64,000 nt of DNA from Bacteroidota bacterium (lineage in GTDB: Bacteria; Bacteroidota; Ignavibacteria; Palsa-1295): contig JAFDZW010000001.1 in the NCBI GenBank assembly GCA_018266755.1, forward strand, positions 85,635-149,634, read 5' to 3'. Made by a program: the position numbers and the translations under genes. A model generated the notes under the pieces. That model was not told the DNA's origin and did no database searches. It saw only the letters and a list, made by a program, of their open reading frames with translations. Shown in pieces: positions 17,380-25,834 of this stretch; position 1 is the first letter of the stretch; every line of letters begins with the position of its first letter.

Positions 17380-17469
17380 CGGAGAGGGAGGGATTCGAAC
17401 CCTCGATAGCGCTTTACACACTATGACGGTTTAGCAAACCGTTGCCTTCAGCCACTCGGCCACCTCTCC
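17380..17469 (-). tRNA. tRNA-Ser (anticodon GCT)
   Basis: The reverse complement reads GGAGAGGTGGCCGAGTGGCTGAAGGCAACGGTTTGCTAAACCGT...GAGGGTTCGAATCCCTCCCTCTCCG. Anticodon loop TTGCTAA, long variable arm, 7-bp acceptor stem. Confidence 0.8.
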
Positions 17470-17589
17470 TGCGCTATCAGTTGTTGAAGCGAAGAGTAAA
17501 CCTCGCTTTTCTTGGAGTCGTTCCGAAATCCGTGGCTGGCGTCGGGTCGCCCAACTCATCCGCGCCCGGCGCTGTTGAGTGGGCTACGT

Positions 17590-18267
17590 ATGGCTACGCG
17601 AACCGTTGAATTGCGCACACTTGGGCCAACCCCGTATCGGCAGGTGTGGGACGTGCAGCACCGAATCTTCGACTCTCTCTTGGATGGGTCCGGGAATGAT
17701 ACGCTTATCCTGTGCGAACACAAGCCGGTCTTCACGCTCGGCCGCGTGACCGATGTGACGAACGTCCTCTTTAGCGATGCCGAACTTGCGAAGATCGGCG
17801 CGGAGAAGTTCGAGATAGAACGCGGTGGCGACGTGACATTCCATGGCCCCGGGCAGATCGTTGGATACCCGTTGTTGAATTTGGCGCACTTCAAAGAAGA
17901 TCTTGGCTGGTATCTGCGCTCGCTTGAAGAAGTGATTATTCGCACGCTAGCAACCTACGGCATCGAAGCATTTCGTGTTGAAGGACGTACCGGAGTGTGG
18001 GTAGGGAAGCCGCCGTTCGAAGAGAAGATATGCGCCATCGGTATCAAGGCATCGAGGTGGTGCACGATGCACGGGTTTGCGTTCAACGTGAATACCGATC
18101 TTCGGTACTTCGACTATATCGTTCCGTGCGGGATCAGTGATCGGAACGTGACGAGCATGAAGAAGTTGTTGGGGAGAGACGTTGATATTGCCGAGGTCCG
18201 CGACCGACTCAGCCGCGCATTTGAAGAGGTGTTTGACGTAAGACTTGTCACTACGTCAGATGAGTGA
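17590..18267 (+). CDS. lipB: Octanoyltransferase (lipoyl(octanoyl) transferase)
   Basis: Start MATRTVELRTLGPTPYRQVWD (internal Met of ORF 17512-18267). LipB motifs LCEHKPVFTLGR, RGGDVTFHGPGQIVGYPLL, KICAIGIK. Confidence 0.75.
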   Translation: MATRTVELRTLGPTPYRQVWDVQHRIFDSLLDGSGNDTLILCEHKPVFTLGRVTDVTNVLFSDAELAKIGAEKFEIERGGDVTFHGPGQIVGYPLLNLAHFKEDLGWYLRSLEEVIIRTLATYGIEAFRVEGRTGVWVGKPPFEEKICAIGIKASRWCTMHGFAFNVNTDLRYFDYIVPCGISDRNVTSMKKLLGRDVDIAEVRDRLSRAFEEVFDVRLVTTSDE

Positions 18268-18311
18268 CCTGCCCAGATTCCTCCCTTCGGTCGGAATGAC
18301 AGGAGTGTGCA

Positions 18312-18788
18312 TCACAATGGTTTGAAGCGTTCGAAGCCTTGCTTACAGTTGTTGCAGAAATGAATGCTGCGACAGAGCGTGGAGCCGAACATCGAGTTCA
18401 TCACCGTATCGGTGCTGCCGCAATGAGGACAGGTGGCGTGTTCGATCTGGTCCATGTCCAGCACCCCTTCGATCTGCACCGGCGCTCCGAGTCCGAATGC
18501 GGTGAGCAGCTCGCGTCCGCGGTCGGTGATCCGGTCGCTCGACCATGAATGCTCGGTATCAAGCTCGACTTCGACATTCCCAAATCCCGATCGCTCAAGC
18601 TGCTCCTTGATATTCGCGGAGATGACGGACGTTGCCGGACACGAGACGAATGTCGGAAGTAGGCGCACGCGAACGCCCGCGTCGGTCTCGACAACCCCCG
18701 TGATCATCCCGAGATCCACGACGGAGAGCGTCGGGATCTCGGGATCCATCACATGGCGCAATGCGTCGATGACATGGGCTTCGTTCAT
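18312..18788 (-). CDS. paaD: Phenylacetate-CoA oxygenase subunit PaaD (DUF59 + zinc-ribbon)
   Basis: DUF59-like N-terminus (VMDPEIPTLSVVDLGMI) and a C-terminal CPHCGS...CNNC zinc ribbon. Last gene of the paaABCD cluster. Confidence 0.65.
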   Translation of the reverse strand: MNEAHVIDALRHVMDPEIPTLSVVDLGMITGVVETDAGVRVRLLPTFVSCPATSVISANIKEQLERSGFGNVEVELDTEHSWSSDRITDRGRELLTAFGLGAPVQIEGVLDMDQIEHATCPHCGSTDTVMNSMFGSTLCRSIHFCNNCKQGFERFKPL

Positions 18789-18795
18789 CGTTGTC

Positions 18796-19554
18796 TTACC
18801 ACACGGCTGTGGGTTCTTCGCTCCGGTAGACTTCGGTCATTTCCTCGAGCATCGGCGCGAGGTACTCGGTATGATATCCCTTACGACCGCCATACTCCGC
18901 TTCGATCTTCGAAAGGTCAGGCATCGTGAGGCCGGCCTTCTCGATGATCGGCGTGATTGCGGCAAGCCACTCTTGCTGCAATGCGTTCTCACCGATGAAT
19001 ACTCCGGATTCGATCAGCTCGTTCTCAAACTCGCCCGGCTCGAACATTCCAAGGGCGAACCGCATGCACTCGTTGAGTGCCGATTGCATACGGGCATGGC
19101 TTTCCTCAGTACCGTTGCCAAGCTTCGTCACCCAGAGATCTCCGTGGAGCGTGTGATACTTCAGTTCGCCTTTGATCTTCTTGGCCAGCGCTGCAAGCGG
19201 TGCGAAGCTCGAGCCCTGGAGCGAAGTGAAGCGGCACTGCTCGGCGTGATCGAAGAGGAAATCGCGCATGAGCGAGAAATCGTATTCTCCGATCGGCAGC
19301 TCGACGAAATGGCAGCACTTGTACTGCATTTCATCTCGCCCGAACGCGATGCGGTCCGGATCCGGCTCGGCGAATTCTTTTTCCAGCAACGTATAGAGCG
19401 CGAGCGCATGCCCGATCTGATCCTGCGCGAGCGAGCTGAACGCAATATCCTCTTCGAGGATCGGTCCGAGGCCGGTCCATTCGCTATTGCGGTGGCCGAG
19501 CACAAGGGCGTCGTCGCCCATCTTATAGAGTAGTTCTTTGATCGCTTCGCTCAT
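18796..19554 (-). CDS. paaC: Phenylacetate-CoA oxygenase subunit PaaC
   Basis: 252 aa, ferritin-like PaaC pattern. Overlaps paaB by 4 nt. Confidence 0.7.
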   Translation of the reverse strand: MSEAIKELLYKMGDDALVLGHRNSEWTGLGPILEEDIAFSSLAQDQIGHALALYTLLEKEFAEPDPDRIAFGRDEMQYKCCHFVELPIGEYDFSLMRDFLFDHAEQCRFTSLQGSSFAPLAALAKKIKGELKYHTLHGDLWVTKLGNGTEESHARMQSALNECMRFALGMFEPGEFENELIESGVFIGENALQQEWLAAITPIIEKAGLTMPDLSKIEAEYGGRKGYHTEYLAPMLEEMTEVYRSEEPTAVW

Positions 19555-19931
19555 GAGTGTGCCTCCTCGAGATCGTGCAGGTACTTATTGATGCGCTTGC
19601 GCACGGGATAGCCCGATGCTTCGCGGTAGTTCTTCTCCGGGACCGTCGCGAACATATCCTCATCCTCGTGACGGAACGTATAAATATCGGTCGAGCGGAC
19701 GACCCACATGTTCACGGTCTTCTTGCGGCGGCCGTACTGCTCCTTCGCGAACACGAGGGCAAGTTCGGGGTCCGGCGCATGAACAATCCCGACGAAGACG
19801 TGCGCGTCGCCGCGCTTGTCCTGATGAAAGACGGCGAATGTTTCCCAGTTCTCGTTTTCACCGACTTGGTTGAAGCCGCTGGCCGAATCAAGATCGGAGC
19901 GGCGAATGCGTGGGTCAAGACTGTTTTGCAT
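19551..19931 (-). CDS. paaB: Phenylacetate-CoA oxygenase subunit PaaB
   Basis: 126 aa, characteristic PaaB core WETFAVFHQDKRGDAHVFVGIVHAPDPELALVFAKEQYGRR...VNMWVV. Confidence 0.7.
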   Translation of the reverse strand: MQNSLDPRIRRSDLDSASGFNQVGENENWETFAVFHQDKRGDAHVFVGIVHAPDPELALVFAKEQYGRRKKTVNMWVVRSTDIYTFRHEDEDMFATVPEKNYREASGYPVRKRINKYLHDLEEAHS

Positions 19932-19946
19932 TTTCGTGGCTCCTTC

Positions 19947-20960
19947 TTATGCGTAGGGGACGTGATGAACCTGCTTCGGATTCTTGAGCGCTTCGCGCAC
20001 CCAGCGACCGCTTAGTTCGGCGTAGCGGCGCACAGCCAATCGTTCTTTGTTGCAGGGGCCATCACCGTTGATGACGCGGAAGAACTCGTCCCAATCCGGT
20101 TGTGTGTATTCCCACTTGCCGGTGGTCTCGTCCCTTCGGAGTTTCGGGTCGGGAAGGGTCAGGCCCATTTCCCAGATCTTCGGGACGTACTGGTCCATGA
20201 ATTCCTGACGCATCTCTTCATTAGTCATCATTTTGACTTTCCAACGAATGAGCTCTTCGCTATGTACCGAGAGATCGTCCGGCGGGCCGAAGAAGTGCAT
20301 CAGCGGGGGAAACCACCAGCGGTTGAGCGCGTCCTGCACCATCGCACGCTGCTTCGGCGTGCCGGCAGCGAGCGCGACGAAGGCATCGTAGCCCTGCTTC
20401 AGATGGAATGACTCTTCGTAGCAGATCCGCTCGAGTGCGCGGCAATACGGTCCGTAGCTCCCTTTCGAGTTTGCGAGCTGATTGACGATCGCACCTGCAT
20501 CGACGAGGAAGCCGATAACCGCGATGTCGGCCCAGGTTTTCGCCGGATAGTTGAAGACATTGCTGTACTTCGACTTTCCGTTGAGTAGATCGTTGATCAT
20601 CGCTTCACGCGACTTCCCGAGCGTCTCGGCGGCAGCATAGAGCAAATGGCCGTGCCCGACCTCATCCTGCACCTTCGCGATCAGGGCCAGCTTGCGTTTG
20701 AAGCTTGGTGCGCGTGTGATCCACGTGCCCTCGGGCAGCGCGCCGATGATCTCGGAGTGCGCGTGCTGCTCGATCATGCGAATGAGCGTCTTGCGATATT
20801 TCGCCGGCATCCAATCGTCGGGTTCGATCTTCTCGCCACGCGCGATCCGTGCTTCGAACTCTTCCAGTTTTACCGGATCGTCAACGTCCGTCGAAGGACG
20901 GATGTCGTTCTTGTCAATGTATGCGTTACCGTACATAACAGTAGTGTATATCGAGTGCAA
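19947..20960 (-). CDS. paaA: 1,2-phenylacetyl-CoA epoxidase catalytic subunit PaaA
   Basis: 337 aa, diiron ferritin-like PaaA motifs ([17 protein letters not shown]..., [11 protein letters not shown]). Confidence 0.75.
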   Translation of the reverse strand: MHSIYTTVMYGNAYIDKNDIRPSTDVDDPVKLEEFEARIARGEKIEPDDWMPAKYRKTLIRMIEQHAHSEIIGALPEGTWITRAPSFKRKLALIAKVQDEVGHGHLLYAAAETLGKSREAMINDLLNGKSKYSNVFNYPAKTWADIAVIGFLVDAGAIVNQLANSKGSYGPYCRALERICYEESFHLKQGYDAFVALAAGTPKQRAMVQDALNRWWFPPLMHFFGPPDDLSVHSEELIRWKVKMMTNEEMRQEFMDQYVPKIWEMGLTLPDPKLRRDETTGKWEYTQPDWDEFFRVINGDGPCNKERLAVRRYAELSGRWVREALKNPKQVHHVPYA

Positions 20961-20996
20961 CGATCAACTTCATCATCGTACCGTAGCGAGCGAATG

Positions 20997-21572
20997 CTAC
21001 TGTACGATCAAACCATCGAGCAATAACGAGCCGATGAGCTGGCTCATAGCTTTTGGCGACACCTTCCCGTTCGGGTTATACCATTCATAAGTCCAGTTCA
21101 TCGACGAAAGGATGGTTCGGGTTGTCATAATAACATCGCCTTCACGGAAGTCGCCGGTTTTCATGCCCGATTCGACGATAAAACGGAACATGCGTTCGTA
21201 GCGACGGCGCATCAACCGGAAATCCGAGAGATACGGTTCGCCCAAATGTCTCCATTCGTGCAGAAACACCGCAGAGGCATTCGAGTTTGCCGCGATCACC
21301 CCAAGATGCGCTTCCATCGCTGAACGCAGCTTCTCGGGCGGAGCAAGATCGGTATCCACGATCGGCTCCAGCGCGGCGAAGAACGCCGTCGCCATCGAGA
21401 AGCAGATATCCTGCAGAATCTCCTCTTTGGAGGTGATGTGATTATACAGGCTTGCCGCCTCGATTCCGAGCGAATCCGCAAGGTCGCGCATCGACGTCGA
21501 TGCGTACCCCTTCTCCCGGAACAGGAGCTGGGCCTTCTGGCGGATTTGGTCTTTACGCGGTTTCGATTTCAT
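20997..21572 (-). CDS. TetR-family transcriptional regulator (likely paa cluster repressor)
   Basis: N-terminal TetR helix-turn-helix QIRQKAQLLFREKGYASTSMRDLADSLGIEAASLYNHITSKEEIL. Immediately upstream of paaA on the same strand. Confidence 0.75.
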   Translation of the reverse strand: MKSKPRKDQIRQKAQLLFREKGYASTSMRDLADSLGIEAASLYNHITSKEEILQDICFSMATAFFAALEPIVDTDLAPPEKLRSAMEAHLGVIAANSNASAVFLHEWRHLGEPYLSDFRLMRRRYERMFRFIVESGMKTGDFREGDVIMTTRTILSSMNWTYEWYNPNGKVSPKAMSQLIGSLLLDGLIVQ

Positions 21573-21661
21573 CTATACTAACGAACACTTGTTAGTTTGA
21601 CTGTGTTCCGTACAGTGAAGATAGACATTGTTTTTCATCCACCTATCTTTAGGAGACGAGT

Positions 21662-22114
21662 ATGAAAAAGGTTGAAGTCATTATCACAGCGAACTTTGGT
21701 GCTCTGAAGGCATATCGCATCGAAGAGAAGTCCCTTGTCCATCGTCGCGGTTGCGAACTCATTCGTAAGACGGAGTATGAACGCGCCCATAAGAAATTGT
21801 CGGAGATCGTGACCGATCGTGCCGGGCGCTTCCGTGGGTCGGGGGTAGCGACGAATAAGAACCGCTCCTTCGGCGAGGAACATCATCTGGCTGACGACTT
21901 GAAACAGAAGGCGGTAAAGCAGATCGCCCATGATATCGACGGTGTTATCAAGCACACACCTGCAAACGGATATTATCTTGCGGTCCCAAAAGCAATCTCG
22001 AAGGACATCCTCGATCGATTAAGTGCGGCGACGCGGTCGAAGATTACCAAGCGTGTCGATGTCGACATCGTCAAGGAGCCCGTACAGGCGATCAGAGACC
22101 GATTCAAGGTCTGA
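21662..22114 (+). CDS. Host-attachment-protein family (PF10116-like) protein
   Basis: 150 aa; C-terminal YYLAVPKAISKDILDRLSAATRSKITKRVDVDIVKEPVQAIRDRF parallels the Host_attach block ...VVAPPRALGELR...IVAEVDKDLT...IERVL. Confidence 0.5.
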   Translation: MKKVEVIITANFGALKAYRIEEKSLVHRRGCELIRKTEYERAHKKLSEIVTDRAGRFRGSGVATNKNRSFGEEHHLADDLKQKAVKQIAHDIDGVIKHTPANGYYLAVPKAISKDILDRLSAATRSKITKRVDVDIVKEPVQAIRDRFKV

Positions 22115-22246
22115 GTTCGACCCCGACTGATTGCTCGAATAGTTACTAATTGCGGGAAATCGCGGTAGCGCCCCCGTAAAAAAACAGACAGGCAAATTCT
22201 GCGAGACGGAATTTGCCTGTCTGTTGTTTTATACGGTCTATAATAA

Positions 22247-23431
22247 TTGCATCAAATGAATACGACCGTTATCTTGTCTGGCGCCCGCACTCCGATTGGC
22301 GCATTTATGGGAGCCCTTTCCGATCTTACTGCGCCGCAGCTTGGTTCTGCCGCGATCAAGGCCGCGCTGGAGCGCTCGGGCGTTAAACCGGAAGAAATCA
22401 ATGAGGTATTGATGGGCTGCGTGTTGACAGGCGGCATCGGTCAGGCACCTGCACGTCAGGCATCGCTCGGAGCTGGCATCCCGAATTCGGTGCCGTGTAC
22501 CACCGTCAATAAAGTGTGCGGTTCCGGCATGAAGACTGTTATGCTCGGTACGCAGAGCATCATGACCGGCGATAACAAGCTGGTCGTCGCCGGCGGCATG
22601 GAATCGATGTCCAATGCACCGTTCATTCTTCCGAAGGCGCGCAGTGGGTACAAGATGGGTAACGGAACGCTCGTCGACAGTATGATCAACGACGGACTCT
22701 GGGACCCGTACAATAATTTTCACATGGGCAACTGCGGCGAGATCTGCGCCCGCGACCTGAAGATCACGCGCGAAGAACAGGACGAATTCTCGATCCGCAG
22801 TTTCAAGCTCGCCAACGAGTCGCTCGATAAAGGATACTTTGCAGACGAGATCATTCCGGTTCAGGCCCCGAAGGGGAAAGAGACCGTGACGGTCAGCGAG
22901 GACGAAGGCCCGCGCAAAGTGAAGTATGATAAGATCCCGACACTGAAGCCGTCGTTCGATAAGAATGGCACGATTACTCCGGCAAATGCCAGTTCGATCA
23001 ACGACGGAGCGGCTGCACTTGTCCTTGCGGACGAGGCCTACGCAAAGGAAAAGGGATTGAAGCCGACTGCGAAAGTGGTCGCGTACTCCAGCTATGCACA
23101 TGAACCGCACCTCTTCACGACGGCGCCGGTCACCTCGATCGAGATGGTATTGGCTCGTGCCGGCATGAAGGTGAGCGATATCGACCTCTTCGAGATCAAC
23201 GAGGCGTTTGCTGTCGTCCCGCTCGCCGCACAGAAGCAACTGGGTATCCCGACCGAGAAGCTCAACACGATGGGCGGCGCAGTCGCACTCGGGCATCCGA
23301 TCGGCGCAAGCGGCACCCGCATTATCCTGACCCTGCTGACGGCGCTCAAGCGCGCGAACAAGAAGATCGGTCTCGCATCGATCTGTATCGGGGGCGGCGA
23401 AGCGACGAGCATTATCGTTGAGCGCTTCTAA
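22247..23431 (+). CDS. Acetyl-CoA C-acyltransferase (thiolase; possibly PaaJ-type 3-oxoadipyl-CoA thiolase)
   Basis: Thiolase motifs: VNKVCGSGMK with active-site Cys, NEAFA, and C-terminal CIGGGEATSIIVERF. The long antisense ORF 22238-23449(-) is rejected. Confidence 0.8.
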   Translation: MHQMNTTVILSGARTPIGAFMGALSDLTAPQLGSAAIKAALERSGVKPEEINEVLMGCVLTGGIGQAPARQASLGAGIPNSVPCTTVNKVCGSGMKTVMLGTQSIMTGDNKLVVAGGMESMSNAPFILPKARSGYKMGNGTLVDSMINDGLWDPYNNFHMGNCGEICARDLKITREEQDEFSIRSFKLANESLDKGYFADEIIPVQAPKGKETVTVSEDEGPRKVKYDKIPTLKPSFDKNGTITPANASSINDGAAALVLADEAYAKEKGLKPTAKVVAYSSYAHEPHLFTTAPVTSIEMVLARAGMKVSDIDLFEINEAFAVVPLAAQKQLGIPTEKLNTMGGAVALGHPIGASGTRIILTLLTALKRANKKIGLASICIGGGEATSIIVERF

Positions 23432-23468
23432 ACGATCACTCACATCCACGATCTAATCGAAGAAGACT

Positions 23469-24320
23469 ATGTCGATCAAGCATGTCATGGTAGTCGGTGC
23501 GGGGACGATGGGCAACGGTATTGCTCATGTGTTCGCACAAAGCGGGTTCAACGTTACGCTCGTCGATATTAAAGACGATTTCCTTACACGGGCGCGTGAT
23601 ACGATCGGTGCGAATTTGGCACGTCAGGTCAAGAAGGGCGTATTGACAGAGGACGATTCGAAGGCGACACTCGCTCGTATCACTACATCGACCGACCTTG
23701 AAGGCTCTGCGAAGAATGCCGATTTTATCATCGAAGCGGCGACAGAAAATTTCTCGCTGAAGAAAGATATCTTCAAGAAGCTCGATGCGAACGCGAAGAC
23801 CGGCGTGATTCTTGCGACCAATACCAGCTCGATCTCAGTGACCGAACTGGCCGCACAGACGGGCCGCAGTGAGCGGGTGATCGGGATGCACTTCTTCAAT
23901 CCGGTGCCGGTGATGAAGCTCGTCGAGATTATCCGTGCTATTCAGACCACGGACGAAGTGTATGCACAGGTGAAGCAGCTTTCGGAGCAGCTTGGCAAAA
24001 CTCCGGTCGAAGTGAACGACTTCCCGGGCTTTGTCTCAAACCGCATCCTGATGCCGATGATCAACGAAGCGATCTACTGCGTGATGGAAGGGGTCGCGAA
24101 GCCGGAGGATATCGATACGGTCATGAAGCTCGGCATGGCGCACCCAATGGGACCGTTGCAACTTGCAGATTTTATCGGCTTGGATGTCTGTCTTGCAATC
24201 ATGAATGTCCTTCACGAAGGGCTTGCCGACACCAAGTATCGTCCGTGTCCGCTGCTGAAGAAGATGGTGGCGGCAGGGATGCTCGGCAAGAAGTCGGGTA
24301 AGGGATTCTACAACTACTGA
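23469..24320 (+). CDS. 3-hydroxyacyl-CoA dehydrogenase (Hbd/PaaH-type)
   Basis: NAD-binding HVMVVGAGTMGNGIAHVFAQSGFNVTLVD and the 3HCDH central and C-terminal domains. Confidence 0.8.
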   Translation: MSIKHVMVVGAGTMGNGIAHVFAQSGFNVTLVDIKDDFLTRARDTIGANLARQVKKGVLTEDDSKATLARITTSTDLEGSAKNADFIIEAATENFSLKKDIFKKLDANAKTGVILATNTSSISVTELAAQTGRSERVIGMHFFNPVPVMKLVEIIRAIQTTDEVYAQVKQLSEQLGKTPVEVNDFPGFVSNRILMPMINEAIYCVMEGVAKPEDIDTVMKLGMAHPMGPLQLADFIGLDVCLAIMNVLHEGLADTKYRPCPLLKKMVAAGMLGKKSGKGFYNY

Positions 24321-24345
24321 GTTGTAATAGCATTCACTACGAGAA

Positions 24346-24367
24346 GGCGGCCGAGAGCCGCCTTTTC
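24346..24367 (+). terminator. Rho-independent terminator after the dehydrogenase gene
   Basis: GGCGGC-CGAGA-GCCGCC hairpin followed by TTTTCT. Confidence 0.6.
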
Positions 24368-24505
24368 TATTACAGGCCCACAACTCATCGGGGACACCCG
24401 TGCTGAACACTTCATCGCATGATGCCGCTCGGAGCTCCTTGAGGGCGGGCAACCACATCCCATAGCCGAGTGTTAGCACAAACACTTTCGCACGAAGACC
24501 ACCGT

Positions 24506-25387
24506 ATGTATCCGATCCTGTTCAGAATCTTTGGCTTGCCGATATACAGTTTCGGGCTGATGATGGCGATCGCGTTCATGGTTGCGCTGTCGCTGTTCGG
24601 CGCTGAAGTGAAGCGCCGCGGCCAGAATGAAAAGCTCGTTAATGGTGTGTCCATGCTTGCACTGATTCTTGGCGTTGCAGGCTCCAAGCTTTTTTCCGTA
24701 TTCGAGGATTGGGATGCATTTACCCGAGCACCGATCAAGACATTGTTCTCTCCGTCTGGTCTGACGTTCTATGGAGGCTTTATCTGTGCAACGATCGGTA
24801 TTCTCATCTACCTTCGCAAGCACAAAGTGCCGTTCCGGCTATTCGCGGATATGATCGCGCCGATCGTGTTTCTTGCCTACGGCATCGGTCGTATCGGCTG
24901 CCAGCTCGCGGGTGACGGCGACTATGGCATCCCGACGCATCAGGCCTGGGGAATGCACTATTCGGGAGGGACAGCAAAACCCACGTATGTGTTCGAGGAG
25001 TACTTCGCACGATACCCCAACGAGAGAGTGGCATGGCAGTACGATTCGCTTCGCGCGATCAAGACCGGTACCGATGCGCTCGGCCAGACGATCACTCGCT
25101 TCGACGAAGTGGTCACGTGCCAGCCTACGCCGATCATGGAGACGATCGCAGCCGTTGTGTGCTTCTTGTTTTTGTGGTCCCGCCGCAAACGAGACGAGCG
25201 ACAACCGGGAAAGATGTTTGCAATGACGGTCGTGCTGATGGGGATTGAGCGATTGCTCGTCGAGTTCATGAGGATCAATCCGCTGTACTTCTCGCTCTCG
25301 ATGGCGCAGTGGATATCGATCGGGCTGATCATCTATGGTATTGTGGCGATTGCACGCATGAAACCGGCACCCATCAAGTCCACATAG
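24506..25387 (+). CDS. lgt: Prolipoprotein diacylglyceryl transferase
   Basis: Start MYPILFRIFGLPIYSFGLMMAIAFMVAL is the typical Lgt N-terminus. Downstream YGIGRIGCQLAGDGDYGIPTHQAWGM matches the Lgt signature region. Multi-pass membrane protein. Confidence 0.6.
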   Translation: MYPILFRIFGLPIYSFGLMMAIAFMVALSLFGAEVKRRGQNEKLVNGVSMLALILGVAGSKLFSVFEDWDAFTRAPIKTLFSPSGLTFYGGFICATIGILIYLRKHKVPFRLFADMIAPIVFLAYGIGRIGCQLAGDGDYGIPTHQAWGMHYSGGTAKPTYVFEEYFARYPNERVAWQYDSLRAIKTGTDALGQTITRFDEVVTCQPTPIMETIAAVVCFLFLWSRRKRDERQPGKMFAMTVVLMGIERLLVEFMRINPLYFSLSMAQWISIGLIIYGIVAIARMKPAPIKST

Positions 25388-25393
25388 ATTGTT

Positions 25394-25663
25394 ATGGCGA
25401 CACCTCAGGTTCAGTTTATCACGAAAGAAGGCGGCTGTTCGCTCTGCGACGATCTGTTCGCAGAGTTGGAGTCTGCCGCAGACTACACCGAGTTCGATCT
25501 TGAAATCCTCAAGATCGATTACGATGACGAGCTTCGAGAGAAATACTGGGACAAGATCCCCGTCGTGATCATCAACGGGAAGGTTGCATTCAAATATCGT
25601 GCGACCCGCGACCAACTCATCAAAGCCATCGAAGGCCGTTCCGGCTGGAAGTTCTGGAAATGA
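25394..25663 (+). CDS. Glutaredoxin-like small redox protein (DUF836 family, CxxC)
   Basis: 89 aa with GCSLCD active-site-like motif in a thioredoxin-fold context (KIPVVIINGK). Confidence 0.55.
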   Translation: MATPQVQFITKEGGCSLCDDLFAELESAADYTEFDLEILKIDYDDELREKYWDKIPVVIINGKVAFKYRATRDQLIKAIEGRSGWKFWK

Positions 25664-25830
25664 AGAATCTGCTAAAGTTCGTTCAAGCGCTCGGGATCGC
25701 CGTTACGGGTGTGGGGTTAGTATCGGGCATCGCTCGCGACTCGATGGGCGACGAATATCTGTATGCCTCCATCGGCATAGGCCTTTTCTTCATCGCCCGG
25801 TTTGTCGAAACGCGAATGTTCTCGGAGTAA
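25660..25830 (+). CDS. Small hydrophobic protein (56 aa), translationally coupled to the glutaredoxin-like gene
   Basis: ATGA overlap with the upstream stop. MKNLLKFVQALGIAVTGVGLVSGIARDSMGDEYLYASIGIGLFFIARFVETRMFSE has two predicted membrane helices. Below the track cutoff. Confidence 0.3.
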   Translation: MKNLLKFVQALGIAVTGVGLVSGIARDSMGDEYLYASIGIGLFFIARFVETRMFSE

Positions 25831-25834
25831 TACC

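Noticed and set aside
5363-17469. Integrase/recombinase or transposase marking the tRNA-flanked island
   Set aside because: No ORF in the region has tyrosine or serine recombinase, DDE or HUH transposase features, so island mobility cannot be claimed.
18268-18311. Bidirectional terminator between convergent lipB and paaD
   Set aside because: Only a weak, loop-heavy potential hairpin (attcc...ggaat) with no T-tract on either strand, which is too poor to call.
18433-19533. 366-aa plus-strand ORF overlapping paaC/paaD
   Set aside because: It is antisense to well-supported PaaC and PaaD, and its composition is Ser/Arg-rich junk.
22238-23449. 403-aa minus-strand ORF overlapping the thiolase gene
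   Set aside because: The plus-strand protein has unmistakable thiolase motifs. The antisense ORF is Arg/Ala-rich with no motifs.
24839-25615. 258-aa minus-strand ORF across lgt and the glutaredoxin-like gene
   Set aside because: It is antisense to genes with clear Lgt N-terminal and CxxC motifs, and has high-GC, Arg/His/Cys-rich composition.
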